This document shows positions 26,375 through 40,300 of a stretch of 64,000 bases of DNA, piece after piece. Under the pieces are notes generated by a model that worked only from the letters and a program-made list of their open reading frames with translations, was not told where the DNA came from and ran no database searches. This DNA is from Euglena gracilis (lineage: Eukaryota): the NCBI GenBank assembly GCA_039621445.1, contig CP154954.1, forward strand, positions 36,875,703-36,939,702. The letters run 5' to 3'. A program made the translations under genes and the position numbers. The first letter of the stretch is position 1. Each line of letters starts with the position of its first letter.

Positions 26375-26530
26375 CTCTAACTCCAACCCTGACCCCAAAC
26401 ACTGACCCTGACCCTGACCCTAACATTCACCCCAGCCCTGATTTTGACCTTAGCCCTGACTCTTACCCTAACATTGATCCTAACCATTACCCTACCCCTG
26501 ATCCTGACCTGACCCTAAATTTGACCCTAA
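26375..26530. repeat. Degenerate CCCTAA/CCCTGA hexamer tract; similar tracts at 60545-60615 and 60720-60745
   Basis: Telomere-like hexamers at interstitial positions. Confidence 0.7.
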
Positions 26531-27829
26531 GTGCTAATTTTTGGTGACTGAATTCCTCCTGGCAGGGGAGGGGCCCCGCCCCCCTGCACCCCCCGCCAAA
26601 GAACAAAATCCCTTTGTGTGTGCAAGGCCCCTCATCCACGGGGTAAACACTGTGAATAAACTTGTAAAGCTAACTTAGCCAGCTGACAGCTTCCTAGCAG
26701 GGGGAGGCTGCCCCCCCAATTGTTTAAGACAATAAAAATTCATAGGCAGGGAGGCTAGCCGCCCCCCCCCTTTTTTTTTTTTTTTGTTTCCAATAACAAA
26801 ATGCCTTTATGTGTGCACAGCTGTGCTGGGCCCAAACAATTTGGGCGAAAGTTCACCGTTGTGAGGCAGTTTGCAGGCTCATCTGTGGAACCTGTTGCGA
26901 CCTCTCCTCGGAAACCTTCATTCTTGCTCACGGTCTGCAGCGCCCCGTCCATTAGAGGTGAGCCGTCTGCGGCATGCCCCTGTGTGCGCCCGCAGTTGAA
27001 CCCATGAGCAGCGGCGACACACTGCAGGGGTTGGATCACGCGAACGTGTGCAGGACTGGTGTCTGACCCACTCCTTTGTGTGGGGACCCCCAGTCATCAG
27101 TACTTGTTAAGGCCAGCCGGATGGAAGAAAGCGCAACCCCGGGAGAAAAGGGAACCCACTCCATTTGTGAAGAGCCATAGTGTGAGCCTCTGAGCCTACC
27201 GCCATGACTGAGTCACCACCACCTGAACCAGAGCCTGAGCATCAGTCCACACTGCAGGACATCGAGGAGATCCGTCATAGGAAGTGTGCACATATATGCA
27301 TATTTGCGCTATCGTGCGCCTGAGGCGGATGTCCCCCGTGCGCAGGTAGGCATTATTGTGCCATGCGATGTGCACACGTTGTTCCGGGCTGGTGGTGTTT
27401 TCAAACACCACAAGGTCACGGACTGCGGACGGTCTGGGGGTTCCTTTGGCAAAAGTCTGAAGTGCCGCACAGGCCGTCTAAGACGTTTGCCACTTCCCAC
27501 AGGCCCTGGGAAACGAAAGAATTATTTAAAGTCAGGCCAGGTTTTTCGGGTGGTGACCAGGGTCATGTGCACCGCCCCTCCCAACAACCCTTGATGTCTT
27601 TACCTTAAAGCAACTTTTGGGTGCGAGCAACATGAACGGCTTTTTTTGACTGATTCTCCAATTTTTCTTTCGTTATTTTGACTCCAAAATGACAAAAAAA
27701 GAAAGGTGGGGTTGCAAAGACTGGCAAATCCACTCTGCGGGGAGGGGAAGTGTAACAAGACGCCTCAAAGCATGCAATGCAAAAAATACAAAAAAATGCA
27801 AAATTGTTTGAAGAGCTCTCCTGGGTTGT

Positions 27830-28603
27830 ACCTCCCCCCCCCCAAGCCCAACGAACACCCTTGCCCAACGAACAGGGGGTGTTCGGACCGTCTAGACTGT
27901 CACCATATACTTTTTTTTGTGTTGGACAAGGAAATACTCATTTTTTTGCTGTTGTGAGGATGCCAGAGATTCTGATTCAGGTCACGGTATTGATTCCAGT
28001 CAGGTTTCCGGATTTGTGGGGGGGGTCGACCCCACCACCCCCTGCAAGACCCCCCCATCACACCTCCCAAACTTCAACATTTTCTCAAAATTTTGATTTT
28101 GCGAGTTTTTTTGAAACAAAAAATGCCATTGAAAGTCCAAAAAAATTTAAAAAAAAACGTCAGCAAAATTTGATTGTGCAAAAATTTGGTCCACTTTTTT
28201 TTGACCTTCGTTTTTTTTGACCCCCCCAAAAAACTACTAATTTTTAACCCTGATTTTTTGAGACTTTTTGTGAAAAAAAATGGTTTCCCATCAAAAAATC
28301 ATGTGTTTTGGGTTCGTTTTTTCAAAAAAAGATTCAAAAAATTTTCTGGCTAACATCCCCATTTTCCCGAAGTCGGTGAAAATGCTGTGGTGGGTTGGTG
28401 GTCGACCCCCCCCACCTCCCGGGTGGGGGGTCGACCCCCCACCAGGCCTTCCCATTCTGCCCTGGCATGCACTGATTATGCACGTTTCAAGGCTACACTG
28501 AAAAGGTGACAGAATTAGTGAACACCCATGTCCAACGAACGCCCCCCGTTCGGACCGTCTAGGTTGTCACTTTAGTGTTCGTTGGGCTTGGGGGGGGGGA
28601 GGT
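27830..28603. mobile_element. TA-flanked MITE with a nested insertion
   Basis: TIR cctcccc...aagcccaacgaacac/gtgttcgttgggctt...ggagg, TA flanks. Confidence 0.7.
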
Positions 28604-30501
28604 ACGTTTTTTTGGAGAGATTTTTTGGAGAGATAAAATTTTTCACCCTCTGGACTCTGGAGAAACATTCCATTCACTGTGTATTATTTTTTTTCCGCAT
28701 TTCCCCCCAAAAACAAAATGAAACTGCCTTGCAATTCATGTTTAAAAAGTTCTAAGCAGTCAAAGCAAACCAGCAAGATACCCCATCTTCGCATGGGCAA
28801 GCCAATGCCTCACGCAGGAATAAAAAAAATCGAAAAATCATTGTGTCATTACAATTTCTGGCAAATCATTTTGACATGAAAAGGTTATCCTCCCTTTCAG
28901 CATGGTGTAGGTGGGCTTGAATCAAGACCCTCAGGGGCAGGCTTCTGCTTAAGGGTTCGCAATATCCCCCCGGGGGTAGTGCACGAGAAAAACGGACGAG
29001 AAGCATATTTGGATTGGGGGCAGAAATGTGTCCACAGGGCAGACTTCTACGGAATCAAGGTAAACGACAACAAAATCCTGCGGCAGTGCAGTGCATTGTT
29101 TTGTATCGCAGCGAAGTGGCAGTGGCGTTACAATGCTTTGGGTTTGAGAACAAAGAGGAACGTCGGTGCAGTGGTGGTGTGTATTTTGAGGCTCTCAGGT
29201 ACTGATGTGCCTCAACTCCTACGTGTGGACCCCCCAGGGGTCCACAGGGGTTTAATGCAATCAACAGGGATTTTGCCCAACCTAGTTTTAAGATGAGGCC
29301 TGGGATTATTACTGAGGGACCCCGCACAGCAATCAAGTTTGGTGGTAAGCAAGGACAGGGTTGGAGTCTCTGAGCTTCTCTTTGCAGTAAGAGCGAAGCT
29401 CACCCAGGAGGAAAGGTGTCTGATCCCCTTCCCCCCTTGGTTGGAAATGAAAACCGCATTGTCACCATGACCCCAGCCCCGTTCCGAGGATTTCTTTCCT
29501 GTCGCAAGCGACTCCATCCCAACTTTCTGAATCACCTCTGTTTGACCCCCAACTCCCCGCCAGGCCCAATTTATTCAGCCAACAAGGGGTCCAAACTGGG
29601 TAGGATTAGCCACCCCCCCCCAGTTTCGACCCCTGGCCCCCCCCAGGAGGTGGTTGGATGGGTGGGTGGGTGCGGACACCCCTCCCCTAAAAATATCTCT
29701 GATTTTATGATGTCCTCTGATAAAATATGGAAACAAAAGGTATGATTGTGACATGAAGGTTTGATTGCATTGTGTTTTGGGAACCTGTGGTATTTTGCTT
29801 TCATGTTTAACGTTGGAGAAATATGACAGTGTTTTTGGCATTGTCTAAAGAAAATTCAAGGTGCATTCCACAGATTGTCACAGGTGTCTTCACCCTCGGC
29901 TGGTCCTTGAACCAAATTTTCCAAGTCTTCATGATTCTCGAGGTAGGTGGGGGTTTGACATCCACCCCCCTCCCCGTGTCGGGAGGGGGCAGCCCTCCCC
30001 TCAGGGCCTCCCATGTATTCCTGCCCAACCCCAGCCAGCAGCCCTCATCCAGCCTCTGAGCTGGCTCCCTCATCCCAGGGTTTGTTTGAGAAGGGCAAGC
30101 TTTCTTCTCGACAGAAGTACATTTATCTTCTTATTAGGAATTAATGTGGGGATGGGGGACATGCCGGTTTTGGCTAAACCTGTTCCTAAAAAATCCCATC
30201 CGAAACCATTGAAACCATTGAAATTGAGAACCCCCAAACCACGCTGGATTACTCTGGATGTCTTTCTGGTCCTTTACCCATGTCCTGTCAGTGGGACCCC
30301 CTAGGGGTGTATCTGCAGCACAAATAAAAAAGCATAAAATATGTAGGGGGACCTCCTTAAATCATGTAGGTAGAACACCCTGGATATCATTTCTGCACAC
30401 CCTCGCCATGGTTTTCCAATACTGGCATATCTGGGCTCAAACCACAAACCACGTTTTTTTTTAAAGCATTTTCTATTGGCAATTCCACCCTTATTTTGCA
30501 G

Positions 30502-30635
30502 GAGGTGGATTTGCTCGTCGACGCTTTTGATTACAATAAAGATGGAAAAGTTTCTTATTTGGAGTTCTGCAATGCCATCACCAATGGTCCTTGGACACCT
30601 CTGAATGTGCAGGAGCGCAAAGTTGAAAGCCTGAG
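30502..30635 (+). CDS. EF-hand protein exon 3 (EVDLLVDAFDYNKDGKVSYLEFCNAITNGPW...)
   Basis: ttgcag| and |gtcatt boundaries, canonical EF loop DYNKDGKVSYLE, 134 nt, phase 0 to 2. Confidence 0.9.
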
Positions 30636-33114
30636 GTCATTGTGCTCCCTCCCTTGCAGGTTAATGGGCAGGTTTGGGCACAATGAGGATCAGGCTTCTT
30701 TGGGGCTGGGTGGGTCCAGGGCCGTGCTCCCATGGAGGGCGGGTTGGGCCGGAGGCTCGGGTATGGGTCGAAATTTTTTTCGCTTCACATCATACGTACA
30801 TTCATAAGTTCATGCCTGAGCTTATTTGGAAAAACCGCTTAGACAACCCGATTTTCAGGGGGGTACCCCGGGGGGGGGTCATGCGCCGGCTGCAGTGAGT
30901 GGAGGGACCCCTCACTCCACTCCCCTGGGGTCTTAGAAAGAATCCTGACGAGGATGGGTAAATGCCAAAGTGGATGGGTCAGGACAATCACAATCCCACA
31001 TGTTCCTGTGGCACAAGGCCTGCATTTTACCATGGTTTGGATTTGGGGTTGCGGTTGGCGCTGACTGAACTTCTTCAGGGTAATTGTCTTCACCAGGGCG
31101 CGCTAAGCCAAAAGGGAACCCACCCCTGGGGGAGGGGGAGCCAGACCCAGTTCCACCCCTTGTCCAGCCAGGTGGGGATTCGCCCCAATGTGTTTATTTG
31201 CACGCCCAATCCACCAGGGCAAATTTTGGAAAGGACAACATGAAAGACTACAGCAAATTTTTTCGGCTGCAGCAAATTCCGTGTGAGGTCAGTGGGGGGG
31301 CATTGCTTAACCCCCCCCACTTATAAACCCCCCGGGGTTAGTAGGATCCGGTTTGGTTGGTCGGCCGAAGGGGGGGGGGTTAGTAAGTGGGGGGTTTATA
31401 AGTCCCGGAATTGTTGGTGAAAATCCGAACCTCAAAAATGACCCCGAAACCCCCCAAAATGGCAATTTTTGGCAAAATTTGGTCAAAATGGCATTTTTGA
31501 TTATGGTCGATCTCAAAAAAGGGCCAAAAATCAGTTTTTGGGTGGTTTGAGGCAAAAAAAATCGTCCCCGGCGGCTTTCATTTTCCTTCCCCGAAGGGGG
31601 GGTTTATAAGTCCCGGTTTGGTTGGTCTGCCTGAGGGGGGGTTAGTAAGTGGGGGGGTTAGTAAGTGGGGGGGGGTTAGTAAGTGGGGGGGTTTAGTGTG
31701 TCCCAGCCGAGGGTCATTTGCGATTTTTGAACAATTGCCCATGTCGTTTTCCATTTCCAAAAAACCAGGCAGAAATTTTTTTGAAAACCAGTCAGTCATT
31801 TTTTGCCCTCTCTCCTTTTGACTCCTGCCCCACCCCATCCTGCTCATGACCAGGCTTCAATTTGTCGTAAATCAGCCCACCGGCCCAGCCAGACCCCCCC
31901 TCCTCCCCCTCCTCCTCTTGGTCCCTTTTCGTTCCGGCAGGAGCGATTTTCGGCCTAAGTCTCCTCCAGCACAAATTTCCTTACCCAAAGAAATGGTTTT
32001 GGCTGGGGTCCCGGATTTTGGATCATTTTGGGACCCCCAAAAAATGCAAAGAAAAAAGAGCAAAGCCCAATTGTGGCGCCAGGTGGCAGGCTGGGGAGCC
32101 GGGGGCGATTTCCCCCTCCCCCAAAATAGGCCCACAAGTCCATTTTGCCATTACTTCTGGCCGCCTTTCAAGAAAAATTCAGCACAAAGCGCCAAAAAAT
32201 TTTTTTCAGCTGGACCGACAAACCCAGACCCAGTTGGGACCCCCCGGGTATGCTCAGTCTGGACCATACCATTGATTTAGGCGTGTCTGACCCCACTCCC
32301 TGGGGGTGACCGATTCTTTCGAGTGACTGACTGGTTTTTGGCTCCAGACCCTCCTGGGGGTGGGGTAGGCCAGAATTGGCCAGGATTGGCCAAAAGTGGT
32401 CACTCATCGCCGAAGGCGCCGGAAAATTTTTGGGGGTTTTGTTCAAAATACATTGATTTTGAGCCATTTTGGCCGAGTGGCCAAAGTGACCCTTGGGGGG
32501 GGGGGTGGGAAGTGGGTGACTGGTTTTTGAAAGTGACTGGCTTGATTTTTTGACAGTGGAATTCTTCATCGTTTACTGAAGGCTTTAATTTAAGGCCCCA
32601 ATTCAACCCAAAGTACCCCCAGTGACATGATTTTTAAAGTTTCAAAGCATGTTACTGGGGGTACTTTGGGTTTATTTGGGGTTTCACCAGCAACTCCCGA
32701 TTATATAGGGGCCTGAAAACATTTTGGGGTTTATAAACCAAAATTATTTGGTTTATAAACACACAACAAAAAGTTGCGAGCACACCCTCAAATAAATCGG
32801 TGCGCACTTATTAGGCAAAGCACTCTTTTTCAATTTTTCCCTTCTTGTGATGTCAAGTAAATGACCCGAGTGATTATGTGTCAAACTTGGGCTTGGACAA
32901 TGGAAATATTTCTGTTCAGTTCTGAGAATTGTGTGTGCTTTCCGACCTGAGATGTGACAGTGATTTCTTCTTTGGGAGTGCGCACTTTTTAAGGAGGTAG
33001 TTTCGGACCCTTGGGGTGCTGTTGGCTGTTGTTAGAGCTTGTTAGGGCACTGCGCACTTGTCAGGGGGGGGGGGTGGTTGAAAGCCCACCGATGGTTCAT
33101 CCAGGAAAAATAAG

Positions 33115-34158
33115 AATTTTTTGGGTTGGTATAACAAGTTTTGAACAGAAATCTCCACTTTGTAAAAAGTGAACATTTGGGGGGGGGGTAGGAGGTGCAC
33201 AACGAAGAATTGGTATAAAATCAGTGTTTCACCACAGTTGTTTGTAAACACCAACCAGAAATTTTTTTTCTGGTGGTGTTTACAAACGTCGTTGGTCTTC
33301 AACTGTTCAACTGTGGTGAAACACCAATTTTATACCAATTCTTCGTTGTGCACCTCCTATTCATTCACGGCCCCATCCCTGGGGGTGTTGAAATTTGCTT
33401 GGAATTTGTTTGAGTTGAAATTGAAATTTGCTACACAAATTTCATCGTTTTGACACGTCCATCAAGGGCAGGTTTTATCATATGCAGTTGCCCAATCAAA
33501 AAAACTCTTCAAAAAAACTAATCTAAAAAAATTCAAACACAAAGCACAAAAAACGTGACACTGTTTTGGAGGCAACACATCTCCCCTTGGCAGGGAAGGT
33601 CAGGACGCTTCCCTGATCCCAGTCCTGGCTCCAGACTTTTTTGGGTGGGTATGACAAGTTGTGAACAGAAATATCCACTTTGGAAAAAGGGGGGGGGGGG
33701 GAGGAGGTGCACAACGAAGAATTGGTATAAAATCAGTTTCACCACAGTTGAACAGTTGAAGACCAACGAAACACCAACCAGAAAATTTTTTTTTGGTGGT
33801 GTTTACAAACGTCGTTGGTCTTCAACTGTTCAACTGTGGTGAAACACCAATTTTATACCAATTCTTCGTTGTGCACCTCCTATTCATTCACGGCCCCATC
33901 CCTGGGGGTGTTGAAATTTGCTTGGAATTTGTTTGAGTTGAAATTGAAATTTGCTACACAAATTTCATCGTTTTGACACGTCCATCAAGGGCAGGTTTTA
34001 TCATATGCAGTTGCCCAATCAAAAAAACTCTTCAAAAAAACTAATCTAAAAAAATTCAAACACAAAGCACAAAAAACGTGACACTGTTTTGGAGGCAACA
34101 CATCTCCCCTTGGCAGGGAAGGTCAGGACGCTTCCCTGATCCCAGTCCTGGCTCCAGA
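33115..34158. repeat. Tandem duplication of about 520 bp, each unit with an internal hairpin
   Basis: 33283-33635 is essentially identical to 33803-34158. Inverted repeat aggaggtgcacaacgaagaattggtataaaat. Confidence 0.9.
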
Positions 34159-35619
34159 CCATACCATTGCTTACCTACCCCAGGGGGGGGGGAGGGGGTC
34201 ACTGAAAGAGGCACACAGCTCAAGAACCAAACATTTGGGCCAAATTTGGGATGATAGATGATCCCTGGGGCTTTGTTTTGTCCCTGATCATTTCTTTTGG
34301 CTCTTTTTTTTCAGACCCTTCAAAGCTGGGGAGGAAAAGGGAAGGGGGAAAGTGAAATATCTTTTGGTAGGATGTTCCCACAGGCTTATTTTTTAAGTTG
34401 CTGGACATTTCCATTTTATTTATTTGTTCATTTTCCAGATATTTTGAAAACAAGACTTCTTGACACCAAAAATGGCCCGCAATGGTCCCCAAAATCGTCC
34501 AAACTGAGTTTTACAATGGCCATCCCTCGGGCCACGCTTGTGTTTAGTGCAACCGGAAAAATGGCTGTTGGCTGAACCGTGGCAAAATTTTCGTTGCGTG
34601 CCGAGTGTGCCGTGGCAATTTCGAAAGTACGCCGCAACCACGGCGCTGTCACATTTTTTAACATTCAGCATTCGACAAGAAAAACTCTGGTAAGAACTTC
34701 TGTGCCACGTCCACCGTGACTGAAAAGAGTTGCTGTACCCCGACCTCTGTGAAATATCTTTTTGCGCTGTGGCAAGCGCTGCGGTGCACTCACTGCAAGT
34801 ATGCTGCGACATTTGCAGAGGGATTTTTCTTCTGTTGCAAGGATTTCAATTTAAGTTTGTCATTGGCGAATTTTCCTTTTATTTTAAAGGAGCCCAGTGA
34901 TCTCATCCCATTCCCTTACACACCTTACCCTTTCCCTTTGTAAATAAATTTAACCTGAACCCCACCTTCACTCATTAGGCTGATATGGGTGGGGAAGTTA
35001 ATTTCTGAGGGGTTCAAATGGGGGGGGCATTATCAGGTTGGGGTCAATCACCTCAAAATAGGGCATCAGTCCATCGTGCGAGCGGCTCAGGGAGCTTGTC
35101 ACTGACTGTTGTTGTGGTTCAAAATCAAGACCAGAGGCAATTGCAGAAAGCTTGGTGGAAGAAATACGGGGGGTTTTGCTATTGAGAGGATGACATCGCT
35201 GTTTGACCCCCCCCCCCCCGCCCAGAAGCAACGTCCATTGCTTGATCTTCTTGAAAAGTGTGTAAGCAGTACCAAGACTATCGAACGCACACCACCGAAA
35301 TTTTTGGCAACCAATTTTCCTTTCAAATTTCCCCCAATCGCCCCCCGGGGTTGGGTTGTCCAAACATATCATCCGGGGGATATCAGTTGCGGGTTGCCCT
35401 TTCCAACTTCTGGCCTGGACATGTGGGCAATGGTTCTCAAGGATGTTCGAGATTAAAGTGGGAACGAGGCCAAAGTTGACAGGACAAATATATTTTGGTG
35501 AAATATGATTTTGGGGAATTCAGTTACAAATGTGATCATCCGAGGCCAGCGTTGGGTGAGATCTGTTCAGAGTGTACTGGGACTTCACATTTTGCTGCGA
35601 TTCATTTTGTTTCTTTCAG

Positions 35620-35657
35620 GCCGAAGGAGCAACGCACCCCAAGGAAAGTCTCTTGGC
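35620..35657 (+). CDS. EF-hand protein exon 4, linker PKEQRTPRKVSW; 3' boundary non-canonical and approximate
   Basis: Strong tttctttcag acceptor, phase 2 matches exon 3, followed by a 9-bp inverted repeat with 37015-37023. Confidence 0.55.
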
Positions 35658-37028
35658 TGCCAAACTGGCTGTTGATGATGGCGCGTGCAAATGTTCCTCA
35701 GTTGTTTTTCCCCAGCATTTTTCATTGATGATGAATTGAGCAACTCTCCCTCCACAGTGTGTTCGGCAGGTGCTCAATTAGTTGACTGATTTTTCCAACC
35801 AGGGAGATGGTCATTATGCATCCTGTATGGGCGGTTTTGTGCGAACATGGTTGCAAAAATTTGGTTGGCCCTTGAAAAAATTGAGGCTTTTTTCAGATCA
35901 TTACCACGCACCTCCGTTGCATTGCCGCCCGTATTTCTTTTCTTTGGAGGGATGCTCTCTTTGCATTGGATGTTGTCATGACAGCAGAGAAAACATCTTT
36001 TTTCGCAACACATTTTTTTTTATGCCGAAACCCTACCTCTGGTGGTCAGGGCTCTGCGGGAATCCCCGCAACCCTATTGTGGTGGGCGGCCATCCTGGTG
36101 GGTGGGGGGGACCCCCCACTATGCCTTCCCGTATTTCCGGCGCCAGGTCAAATTTTAGGTCAAATTTTCCTTTCAGTGCCAACGGTTCCGAAGGAATTTT
36201 TTTTTGCGCTGGTGCTGTGGTGGGGGGGGTCAACCCCCCACCTCCCGGGTGGAGGGGTGGAGGGGGTCGACCACCCCCTCACACCAGGCCTTCCCGTACA
36301 GCCCTGCAGGTGAGCATGGTGGAGGATGCAGATTTGCCTGCATTTTTGGGGGGTTTTGCTGTATATTGCTTGTTTTTTTTTTGGGGATTTTTTTATTATT
36401 ATTAACGACCACCCTGTTTCTCGGCAGGCTTCCCGACTGATAAAACTCCTCCAAAGAAGATGCTCTGCAGTTGATATTCGGGGAAAAATTAATTCAACGA
36501 AATTTTGATCGTCCCCAATACAACATGTTTTCCCATCCATTTTTGAGTTATCCGACTAATGACTTTGCAATTGGGGAGTTCCGAGACACCTGCACATTTC
36601 GCGTGTAGAGATGTGGGGTATTCTTCAGCTTTCTGTTGAATTGCCGTTTGTTAGAGCGGCCCTCACCTGGCTAGTTTTTCAAAAGCCACAAACGAGGAAG
36701 AAAGATCTCTCCACAACAATTTCCAGTCGATGTCCAAGGTCATTGGGAGGGAGGGGTTTAAAAAAACCCTAATAAATAAAATTTTATACACCATGCCACC
36801 CCCACCCCAAAGGGTTCCCAAAAATGCAAGCCCAAGGCCAAACAGACCGGTGCCAATAACTAAAACTGCAAAGTGCAGTCAACTTTAAGTCCCCACTTTT
36901 GGTTGCGCTCTTTCGTACAGAAGAGTTCCAAGCACTTTCTTGCCAGACTTTACACATTGCATTTGGGATTCCCCCAGCCATCCTCCTTCTGAAGTGGCAC
37001 ACCAATGCTTGCTGGCCAGTTTGACTGC

Positions 37029-37112
37029 CAACGAATGTGATTGACCCTGTGACAGCTTCAGTGAGGAGAATCCTCTTGCAGCTGAAGAAGCACCTTGAAC
37101 AGAACAATGAAA
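37029..37112 (+). CDS. EF-hand protein exon 5 (PTNVIDPVTASVRRILLQLKKHLEQNNE); 5' boundary non-canonical and approximate
   Basis: Homologous to exon 1, donor A|gtatgc in phase 1. An in-frame TGA at 37022 limits upstream extension. Confidence 0.7.
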
Positions 37113-37259
37113 GTATGCATTTGAGCGAGATCGTTGCCAGATTTTTTTTCTGGATGCAAAATTGCCCAGTATTTTTTGATGTGCATTTGTTGGTTTGACA
37201 TCTTAAGGTTCTGACCTGCCACCCAAGACTGTGACCTGCCTCTCAACGACCTCTTTCAG

Positions 37260-37366
37260 ATCTCAAGGGCGCTTTCCTGGCTTTGGATTCGAATCGTAGA
37301 GGCTGGTTGTCCAAGGCAGAGTTTGCGGCAGCTTTCAAAGACTTCCACTTCTCTATCACGCAGCAG
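37260..37366 (+). CDS. EF-hand protein exon 6 (LKGAFLALDSNRRGWLSKAEFAAAFKDFHFSITQQ)
   Basis: ctttcag| and |gtagcg boundaries, 107 nt, paralog of exon 2. Confidence 0.9.
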
Positions 37367-40300
37367 GTAGCGTAATTTGCATCTGCTGTTAGGGTGATTA
37401 TATAGGCGGAGGGCATTTTCATTAGGATTGAGGAAGGTTTGGTTTATCAGCTCAAAGCCCTGTATTCACTCATCCCTGGTGTGACCCCCACATGGGGGTT
37501 TTTGAGAGTGGGTGAGCGTGCAGTTGAAGGCCGGGTGGGAAGGGTTTCAAGGGTATTTGGCCAACTTTGGAGGTATTTGGGTTGTGCTCAACGAGGGGGT
37601 TGGGCTTTTCTTTTCAACTTGGAAGACCCCCCCCCCCCCCGAGGTCGAGGTCTGGGTATGGGAGGAGCCGAAATTTATGGTGTGAAGCAGTTTTCTATGC
37701 AGAAAAATGTCAAAAATATATCTCTGAAGTGCAAACGTTATACTCCACTCAACTTCAGGAAAGACCTCAGAAAATTTTTTTGATGTGAAATACAGCAGTA
37801 AATTTGTCGAAATTTGTTGAATAGCTGTCCATTTTGGGGAGCCAGCACCTCCTGCGACAAATCCTGAGTTGATACCCCCCCCAATTTCTGGCTCGGATTT
37901 TGAAGCGGAAGAATAGTACCCAGGGGGTATTATTTGGGGGGGGGTTAGTGAAAACAGCTCTCTATCAGGGTTTCGAGGCATGCATGTGTCTGTGCATGTG
38001 CGTGTGCATATGTTTGGGTGTGATATTATCCCCGATCCTGCACTGGGTGCTAGGTTTAGGGTTAGGATTGTGTGGCCAGAGAAGGGGCCTAACTCCCGTG
38101 ACCCATTCTCTTCTTAGCCTGGTCGGCAGGGGAAAAGAAAGATAAAGGCTTCCCAACAGTCGCCCGCACAAGGTCACCAGCCCCCAACTACGTCCAGCCC
38201 GAGTTGCCCGTTTTATTGGGCTCATGTAACAGGATCTCTCTGCCAGAAGGGCCCCAGCAAATGTGGAATCCTGAATTTTGGTTGCCTAAGCCTCTAAGAG
38301 GTTCTGTGGAGGCTGGTTTCCTGGGAGCCTCCGCGGCACACATCTCTTCAAGGTTTGCAGCAGAACTGGGGCTGCTGTAGCAGCCCTGATTTTGGCCCAG
38401 CCTAGCCGCAGCCCCCCCCCCCCCCCCGGGTGCTACTAGCTAGCTAGTTTGCAGCTAGCCAGTCCCCCGGGAACTGGATCGTCTGGATCATTTTGACCTG
38501 GCGACCATTTCAAGGGGTGACCCAACTGGATTGGCCAAGACAAAATTTTTGCGAGTGGATTGGTTTTGAGCATACCCTCAAAATATGTTATTGGTAATTT
38601 TATGGCATTTTTTTTGGACAATTGGATTGCACAATACAAATTTCCATGCACCCCCCATGTAAGGCCAGGTTTTTTGCGGTGATGAGCTTTACCTGCCTGA
38701 TGGTGCAATGAGCTGGCATTAACCCTGCAGACCGGCAGCACGGCCCGTCCAGGCCTGAATGCCACAGTGGCCTGGCCTGGCCCAGCCCGGCCCGACGGCG
38801 CAGCGTCCTGGCCCGGTGGCCCGGCCCGGGAAATCAAAATAACTTTAGATAGGGTTTCAATATTTTCTCCCCAGCAAGCATCTGGTCTGCAAGGGACGGG
38901 ATTTTTTTTCCCCATTGAGGACCGCCCTCAATGGCCACCCTTGGACTTAAGGGCCGGCCGGCCAAGGTCCGAACTGGGGCTTGAGCACGGTCGAAAATTG
39001 AAAAGTCGAGAAAAACACATTTTTTTTGTCGTTTTGGGTATGTCAATGGTCCAAGGCTCCCGATGTCGACCCACTTTCGCCAAAATAGGCCATTATTTGG
39101 CCCTTTTTTCTTGTGTATTTTGCGTTGAATGTGCTGGGACAGCAGAGTTTTTTTCTCTATTTCCTAAGGACCACCTGAGCAAATGTAGCTAAATTGCCTA
39201 AAATGGCCTAAAATGGTCCAAATGGCCTAAAATGCTTTAAAAATCCAAAATGGGCAAATTTTCGGCCTTGACCACATGTGCTTGGTCCCTGTGATTTCCT
39301 TTAACCCATTTCCATTTTGGGGTATTTTGATTTTTTTTGACCCCAAAGGACCAAACACGGCAATCTCAAAGCAGCCCAGTTCAGCATTCAGAGCAGGACA
39401 GCCATCATAATCCAGGGAAGCCGCTGGGAAAATGAAAATACCACAAGGTAGGGCGTTCCAAGGATTTCATTTGTGGTTGGTGGGTGGGGGGTCGCCCACC
39501 CACAATGCAGGCCTCCTGTGTTTCTAGAGGCGCCCATTTTTTAGGTCAGCATTTACTTCGGAGCCGAAGAGCCAATTTTTTTCTTGCACAGTGCTGTGGT
39601 GGGTGTGGGGGGGTCGAACCCCCCACCTCCCGGGTCGGGGGGGTCGATCCTCCCACCAGGAATTTTCGTGCAGCCCTGCATGGGGCTCCAGACCGACCTC
39701 GGGGAGGACACCCATGCCCCGCCAAAATATCAAAGATTTCCTTCCGGTGCCGCAAAATTTTGGCATTTTTGACAAATTTTGTCATCAATGCCCAAAATGC
39801 CATTGTTACTGATCATGGGAGTTGAATTTTTTTTGGACCAGCCTTTCGCACCTGGCTGAAAATCGATCACCCGAACCGCACCGTTGTTTAGAAGGATTGG
39901 GTGTCTGGCGATGCCGGCATCAAGAGCATGGTTGATCAGAGAGGGTTGGTGGGATGACCTCCCCTGCCTGGTGAGGGGTGCGGTCTGGCCTCACGCCACC
40001 TGGTATTTAGTGAAGGTTTTTTTTTGGTGTTCGGGTATCGAAGGAGTTTTTCTTTGTGCAGTTCCATCTTGGGTTGGGGGGTCGACCCCTCCTGCGTTTC
40101 ATTAAGTGATTGCCCTGGTCCAGCCACCCCTTGTTGGCCCTCAAGTGTGCGTCCCATACTGGATGGTGATCTTGATTTTTTTGGGTTTTTTTTTGGAATT
40201 TGTCTGCAACATTTTTTTTTTAAAAATTTGCTCTGTACCTCTAAATTTCCCAAAAAATATATCAGTGCTTATTTTGGATTTTTTTTATATCACTATTACC

